Assembly: GCA_048772705.1 (NCBI GenBank)
Contig: JBLWGC010000086.1
Coordinates: 1-10,628, forward strand
Source of the DNA: Leidyana gryllorum EB-2025a
Lineage: Eukaryota; Protista; Apicomplexa
Reading direction: 5' to 3'
DNA: 10,628 bases
A program made the translations under genes and the position numbers. Positions 6,728 to 10,628 of this stretch are shown here, in pieces; the stretch's first letter is position 1; each line of letters opens with the position of its first letter. The notes beneath the pieces were generated by a model. It had not been told where the DNA came from, did not search any database, and saw nothing but the letters and a program-made list of their open reading frames with translations.

Positions 6728-6772
6728 GGCAAGATGCCCTAGTGGGCAAGGCGCTGTGTTCAGACCCCACTC
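6728..6772 (+). pseudogene. tRNA-Leu(CAG) 5' half
   Basis: GGCAAGATGCCCTAGTGGGCAAGGCGCTGTGTTCAGACC aligns to 8622. Confidence 0.75.
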
Positions 6773-6830
6773 ACATGGTCGGCACTGGGTACCCGCAGGA
6801 ACCCCAGACTACTTATTTCGATGCTGCATT

Positions 6831-6911
6831 GCGAGCATGCCCGAGAGGTTAAGGCGGTGGCCTTAAGATCCACGGGTTAATTCCGCGTGGGTTCGAACCC
6901 CACTTCTCGCA
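6831..6911 (+). tRNA. trnL: tRNA-Leu(TAA), partly degenerate
   Basis: GTGGC-CT-TAA-GA-TCCAC, variable arm, good T-arm; mismatches in acceptor and anticodon stems. Confidence 0.78.
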
Positions 6912-6957
6912 TAAGGAGGCAAGTGTCGGAGGGGGAATCGGATGACAATACAACGGC

Positions 6958-7037
6958 TGACAAGAGTGGGATTCGAACCCACGCCCTTTCGGACTGCGGC
7001 CTTAACACAGCGCCTTAGACCACTCGGCCATCTTGCC
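6958..7037 (-). tRNA. trnL: tRNA-Leu(AAG)
   Basis: Intact cloverleaf. Confidence 0.94.
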
Positions 7038-7107
7038 GGAGCGTTCGCCACTTTACAGGTTTTCTGTCCGTGTAGTTCTCGAGAAGGAAGACTTTTAGGG
7101 TTGAAGA

Positions 7108-7142
7108 CGCGGAAGACGCGGGTTCGATGCCCTGTTTTGAGA
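7108..7142 (+). pseudogene. tRNA-Asp 3' fragment
   Basis: ACGCGGAAGACGCGGGTTCGATGCCC at the Asp slot of the Leu-Asp-Val cassette. Confidence 0.72.
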
Positions 7143-7188
7143 GAGCCTGTTTCCTCGCTTTGGTGGCACTCACTTCAAAGATTCGAGC

Positions 7189-7261
7189 TACAGCCACCGA
7201 GGATTGAACTCGGGACCTTCTGCGTGTTAAGCAGACGTCGTAACCACTAGACCATGGCTGC
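7189..7261 (-). tRNA. trnV: tRNA-Val(AAC)
   Basis: Intact stems, TT-AAC-AC loop. Confidence 0.93.
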
Positions 7262-7324
7262 AGCCAAGGTCCCGCAGACCAAGAGAAGTGGCGAGGTTTT
7301 ACGAAGTAGTGAGGACTAGTTTTG

Positions 7325-7396
7325 AGGTGGCGCCGGGAATCGAACCCAGGTCGGGAGATTCAGAGTCTCCAGTGCTAACCACTACACCACGCAACC
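7325..7396 (-). tRNA. trnQ: tRNA-Gln(CTG)
   Basis: Copy of 654; one acceptor mismatch. Confidence 0.9.
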
Positions 7397-7516
7397 CATT
7401 CAGTCCTTCCCAAAAAGGAGTTGGTAGAGCCATCGGACTTAGCGCTCCTTCAAGTAGGTCATCAGGTTACGTGTTTCCAGAGACACACGCCTTTTTTCCC
7501 AGTCCGCAAGCTCCGT

Positions 7517-7589
7517 GCAGTCATGGTCTAGTGGTCACGACGTCTGCTTCACACGCAGTAGTTCCCGAGTTTGATCCTCGGTGGCTGTA
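7517..7589 (+). pseudogene. tRNA-Val(CAC), degenerate
   Basis: T-loop TTTGATC, with anticodon-stem and variable-loop substitutions. Confidence 0.82.
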
Positions 7590-7644
7590 GCTCGCAACTT
7601 TCAGCGAGAACCAAAGGAAACAATCCTAAGCGCAACCAAGTGTG

Positions 7645-7714
7645 CTCCGAGACCGGCAATCGACCCTGGTCTTCCGCGTGATAGGCGGAAATATTAACCG
7701 CTATACGATCTCGA
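7645..7714 (-). pseudogene. tRNA-Asp pseudogene (anticodon ATC)
   Basis: Asp body, GTC>ATC, T-arm damaged. Confidence 0.8.
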
Positions 7715-7751
7715 GAACCAAAGGAAACAATCCTAAGCGAAATCAACTGTG

Positions 7752-7802
7752 CTCCGAGACCGGGAAACGAACCCTGGTCTTCCGCGTGACAGGCGGAAAT
7801 AC
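7752..7802 (-). pseudogene. tRNA-Asp(GTC) 5'-truncated
   Basis: Second unit of a local tandem duplication; most of the D-arm and the 5' end are deleted. Confidence 0.8.
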
Positions 7803-7883
7803 ACGCCGGCCTCCAATCCCAGCAGTCTTTCTATTTTGACTCACGAACAGAAAACGTGTAAAGCGGCGAGCCAAGAGCACTCC

Positions 7884-7963
7884 GGCAAGATGGCCGAGTG
7901 GTGTAAGGCGCTGTGTTAAGGCCGCAGTCCGAAAGGACGTGGGTTCGAATCCCACTCTTGTCA
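7884..7963 (+). tRNA. trnL: tRNA-Leu(AAG)
   Basis: Intact cloverleaf, 2 substitutions versus 6958. Confidence 0.93.
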
Positions 7964-8030
7964 ACCGTTGTATTTTATTGAGTCCTCCCCTCTCTTCACC
8001 TATAGACAGGTCGTTCGAGCTACATACGGT

Positions 8031-8101
8031 TGCACCTGCCGGGACTCGAACCCGGGTTACGACCTTGGAAGGGTCGCATCTTACCCTTAGACCACAAGTG
8101 C
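8031..8101 (-). tRNA. trnG: tRNA-Gly(TCC)
   Basis: Intact, CGACC-CT-TCC-AA-GGTCG. Confidence 0.95.
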
Positions 8102-8169
8102 AATTGTGAAAGATCTGCAGCACCCCGAGAGACTCGGGCAATTTCTACTTCCAGCTGTCTGCAACCTAC

Positions 8170-8218
8170 GGGGATCGAATCGAGCACTTTCACGGACGAA
8201 GGAAACTGATACCACTAG
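8170..8218 (-). pseudogene. tRNA-Pro relic
   Basis: Inverted duplicate of 4243-4292 with the same lesions. Confidence 0.6.
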
Positions 8219-8329
8219 CACTTCAACTCGACATGCGGGGCAGCCATCCGGACTAGCGCTCCCTCAACTAGATCATCAGGATACGTGTTTCCAGAGACAC
8301 ACACCTTTTTCCCAGTCCGCAGGCTCCGT

Positions 8330-8402
8330 GCAGCCATGGTCTAGTGGTCACGACGTCTGCTTCACACGCAGAAGGTCCCGAGTCCGATCCTCGGTGGCTG
8401 TA
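8330..8402 (+). tRNA. trnV: tRNA-Val(CAC), T55>C variant
   Basis: Stems intact; T-loop TCCGATC. Confidence 0.86.
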
Positions 8403-8457
8403 GCTCGCAACTTTCAGCGATATCCGAAAGAAACAATCCTAAGCGCAACCAACTGTG

Positions 8458-8527
8458 CTGCGAGACCGGGAATCGATCTTGGTTTTCCGCGTGATAGGCG
8501 GAATACTAACTGCTATACTATCTCGGA
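8458..8527 (-). pseudogene. tRNA-Asp pseudogene (anticodon ATC)
   Basis: Shares GTC>ATC with 7645; further lesions. Confidence 0.8.
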
Positions 8528-8621
8528 CGCTCTGGATACGCTGGCCCCCAACCCCAGAAGTTCTTCCATTTTGAGATTCCACGAATAGAAAACGCGTGGA
8601 GCGGCGAGCCAACAGCATTTC

Positions 8622-8701
8622 GGCAAGATGGCCGAGTGGTCCAAGGCGTTGTGTTCAGGCCGCAGTCCGAAAGGGCGTGGGTTCGAATCCCACTCTTGTC
8701 A
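8622..8701 (+). tRNA. trnL: tRNA-Leu(CAG)
   Basis: TTGTG-TT-CAG-GC-CGCAG, intact. Confidence 0.93.
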
Positions 8702-8759
8702 GCCGTTGTATCGGCTCGGTCAGCCACTGGATGCAATAGGTCTTCCATGTAGAGCGGAT

Positions 8760-8832
8760 GGGCGGCTAGCTCAGATGGTAGAGCGCTCGCTTTGCATGCG
8801 AGAGGTACTGGGATCGATACCCAGGTCGTCCA
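8760..8832 (+). tRNA. trnA: tRNA-Ala(TGC)
   Basis: G3:U70, CTCGC-TT-TGC-AT-GCGAG, eukaryotic A54 T-loop ATCGATA. Confidence 0.95.
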
Positions 8833-9010
8833 AACTTTGTAGTGCTGCAACTGGCGCTATTTGACTAGAGAGTTGAGAGCTTTAAGGGTGCCCTGTAGCC
8901 CTTGAATAGACTTGGGCACCGCACTTCAACTCGACATGCGCAGCAGTGGCCCCCATACAGCTAGCAAGCTTGCCTCGGTCGAAACGGAACGTCTTCCGCG
9001 TGCGAGGCTA

Positions 9011-9046
9011 TAATGCGGATGGCCATATCCATTAGACCACCGCACC
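9011..9046 (-). pseudogene. tRNA-Arg internally deleted (36 nt)
   Basis: rc GGTGCGGTGGTCTAATGGATATGGC|CATCCGCATTA; same flanks as Arg 4082. Confidence 0.78.
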
Positions 9047-9077
9047 ATAGACAAGCTTTGGTCATCTCGGGAGCTTG

Positions 9078-9150
9078 TCCACTGTAGTCTAAGTGGCTAG
9101 GATATGCCGCTTTCACCCGCACGATCCGGGTTCAAGTCCCGGCAGTGGAA
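9078..9150 (+). tRNA. trnE: tRNA-Glu(TTC)
   Basis: CT-TTC-AC loop; one C:C in the anticodon stem. Confidence 0.87.
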
Positions 9151-9218
9151 GTTACTCGAGCAAAGTGCTCCAGTAATCCCCGTCAATAGTAACTGATTCG
9201 TGATCTTCGGCTTGTATT

Positions 9219-9290
9219 GCCTTCTTAGCTTAGGGGCAGAGCATTCGCTTAGTAAGCGAAAGGTCGCCGGTTCGATTCCGGCAGAAGGCT
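9219..9290 (+). tRNA. trnT: tRNA-Thr(AGT)
   Basis: TTCGC-TT-AGT-AA-GCGAA, intact stems. Confidence 0.92.
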
Positions 9291-9412
9291 TGCTCACGAG
9301 CTTAAGCTTTTCTGGCTGGTCTCTCAGATCTCGATAACGACCTGAGAGGGCTGCAAAATTCTTCGGTAGAAGATGAAGGATCTCCCTACTAACCTCTGAA
9401 AGATTGTCACTG

Positions 9413-9485
9413 GGTCTTGTAGCTCAGTCGGCAGAGCGTGTGGCTGTTAACCACAAAGTCGCAGGTTCGAAACCTGCCAGGACCG
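9413..9485 (+). tRNA. trnN: tRNA-Asn(GTT)
   Basis: TGTGG-CT-GTT-AA-CCACA, G73, intact. Confidence 0.95.
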
Positions 9486-9513
9486 GGTGCTGCGGCACCG
9501 TACTCTCTAGACG

Positions 9514-9574
9514 GCACTTGTGCTCTTGGACCCTTCCAAGGTCGTAAATATGTATTTAAATACCGGCAGTTGCA
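9514..9574 (+). pseudogene. tRNA-Gly(TCC) pseudogene
   Basis: GCACTTGTG...GACCCTTCCAAGGTCGTAA...CCGGCAGTTGCA. Confidence 0.75.
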
Positions 9575-9586
9575 GACTACGAAGTT

Positions 9587-9659
9587 TGGACGACCTGTGC
9601 ATCGATCCCAGTACCTCTCGCATGCTAAGCGAGCGCTCTACCATTTGAGCCAGTAGCCC
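9587..9659 (-). pseudogene. tRNA-Ala(AGC), degenerate
   Basis: Anticodon arm intact (TT-AGC-AT); acceptor and T-stem mismatches. Confidence 0.82.
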
Positions 9660-9748
9660 ATTGTGCAGACCCCATCGCATTTTTTTGTTCTCAACATCGT
9701 ATGACCACTCTCTCGACTGTACCCAGCGGGTTGAACCACCGGCTAGGC

Positions 9749-9820
9749 GGCTGTTTGGTCTAGTGGTATGATCCTTCCTTAGGGTGGAAGGAGTCCTGGG
9801 TTCGATTCCCAGAACAGCCC
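9749..9820 (+). tRNA. trnP: tRNA-Pro(AGG)
   Basis: CTTCC-TT-AGG-GT-GGAAG, C73, intact. Confidence 0.95.
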
Positions 9821-9916
9821 GTCTGATAGTTGTTGACGCAACACGGCACTCGACCCATACAGCTAAGACAGGATCTGAGTTGTTGACTCAATAGGCTGCA
9901 ACCCGGCCATTCGTCC

Positions 9917-9989
9917 AGACGCTACTGGGACTCGAACCCAGAACCCCCGGTTCCGTAGACCGATGCCATATCCATTAGGCCATAGCGCC
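9917..9989 (-). tRNA. trnR: tRNA-Arg(ACG)
   Basis: TCGGT-CT-ACG-GA-ACCGG, intact. Confidence 0.95.
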
Positions 9990-10110
9990 GACTAGCGGAG
10001 CCGTCAAATGGGAGTGTGTAGCGATCAAGACAGGACATGGGCAGCTACGCCCGATGGTGGGTGTGGGCAGACTTCACCCACATCTCCCATTCGAGACATC
10101 GGGGACATAC

Positions 10111-10183
10111 TATCCAAGCCAGGATTCGGGCCTGGGTATGCACGGCCACAACTTGCTGTTGTAAGCACCTAGACGACCCGCAC
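10111..10183 (-). pseudogene. tRNA-His(GTG) pseudogene
   Basis: rc GTCGTCTAG..CAGCAAGTTGTGGCCGTGCATACCCAGGCCCGAATCCTGGCTTGGATA aligns to 1883. Confidence 0.82.
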
Positions 10184-10259
10184 AATCTTCAAGTGAGGCT
10201 GGTGGGTACCAAAGCCACTTAAGATGTCGGGCTATCGGGTTTTTTGTCCTTGCATTCCT

Positions 10260-10332
10260 GCCGCCCTAGCTCAGTCGGTAGAGCGCAAGACTTTTAATCT
10301 TGCAGTCGCGGGTTCGAGCCCCGCGGGCGGTG
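10260..10332 (+). tRNA. trnK: tRNA-Lys(TTT)
   Basis: CAAGA-CT-TTT-AA-TCTTG, G73, intact. Confidence 0.95.
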
Positions 10333-10392
10333 CAAATCAATGTCTCTGGGAGTAGGAATGGAACCGTTGCCTACAAGCACACTCTGCTGGAT

Positions 10393-10465
10393 TTCCACTG
10401 CCGGGACTTGAACCCGGATCGTGCGGGTGAGAGCCGCATATCCGAGCCATTTAGACTACAGTGGA
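10393..10465 (-). tRNA. trnE: tRNA-Glu(CTC)
   Basis: TGCGG-CT-CTC-AC-CCGCA; two D-loop variants. Confidence 0.9.
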
Positions 10466-10551
10466 CGAGACACAACAGTTGCACTGACGAATGAGGCGCC
10501 AGATAACTGTGAGTCGGTCTCAGATGGAAAGTTCACTTAGGTTTGGCGGGC

Positions 10552-10600
10552 GGGCGGCTATCTCAAGTGGTAGAGCGGTGACTTTGCACGCGAGAGGTCA
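10552..10600 (+). pseudogene. tRNA-Ala(TGC) 5' fragment
   Basis: GGGCGGCTATCTCAAGTGGTAGAGCGGTGACTTTGCACGCGAGAGGT; T-arm absent. Confidence 0.75.
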
Positions 10601-10628
10601 GTTAGACATCTGTCAATGCCGCAGGGCA

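Larger units (their letters stand above)
7606..7802. repeat. Local tandem duplication, ~107-bp period (spacer + Asp)
   Basis: CGAGAACCAAAGGAAACAATCCTAAGCG occurs at ~7606 and ~7712. Confidence 0.88.

Noticed and set aside
8887-8920. GGTGCCC...GGGCACC 7-bp stem as a collapsed tRNA acceptor
   Set aside because: No parent tRNA with this acceptor in the window and no A/B boxes; cannot be assigned.
74-10494. All ORFs in the six-frame track (60-160 aa)
   Set aside because: They overlap tRNA genes on either strand and repeat tRNA-derived peptides (GIEP, GSIP, GSNP, VRVP). No recognisable protein family.
1-10628. CRISPR array or fixed-unit tandem array
   Set aside because: No constant repeat or period; the repeats are tRNA bodies and variable duplicated blocks.
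1-10628. Bacterial, phage or organellar tRNA operon
   Set aside because: Mixed strands, many A34 anticodons, eukaryotic His/Ala/iMet features and no CCA.
1-10628. tRNA-derived SINEs or retro-pseudogenes
   Set aside because: No poly(A) tails, CCA ends or target-site duplications seen; copies carry genomic flanks.
1-10628. Stop-suppressor, Sec or Pyl tRNAs indicating an alternative genetic code
   Set aside because: No CTA, TTA or TCA anticodon in any recognisable tRNA in this window.

Overview
The window is non-coding from end to end. It is a very dense, scrambled array of eukaryotic cytosolic-type tRNA genes and tRNA pseudogenes. By hand I count about 70 tRNA-derived elements in 10.6 kb on both strands: about 47 full-length or nearly so, and about 23 heavily decayed or truncated. 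Counting relics (Ile, initiator Met, a tentative Tyr), all 20 amino acids are represented. Eukaryotic hallmarks are seven A34 (inosine-type) anticodons, His with A73 and no encoded G-1, A54 T-loops in Ala and initiator Met, and no encoded CCA. The array is a mosaic of 100-750 bp direct and inverted duplications, including five copies of a Leu-Asp-Val cassette. It shows flank swapping across tRNA bodies, microhomology-bounded deletions, a 68-bp segment flipped between TCG/CGA ends, three anticodon-shifted tRNA bodies, and spacers containing hairpins and old tRNA debris. All listed ORFs appear spurious. The host is probably a protist but cannot be assigned from this sequence. Coordinates were read by hand, and pseudogene and repeat ends are approximate.
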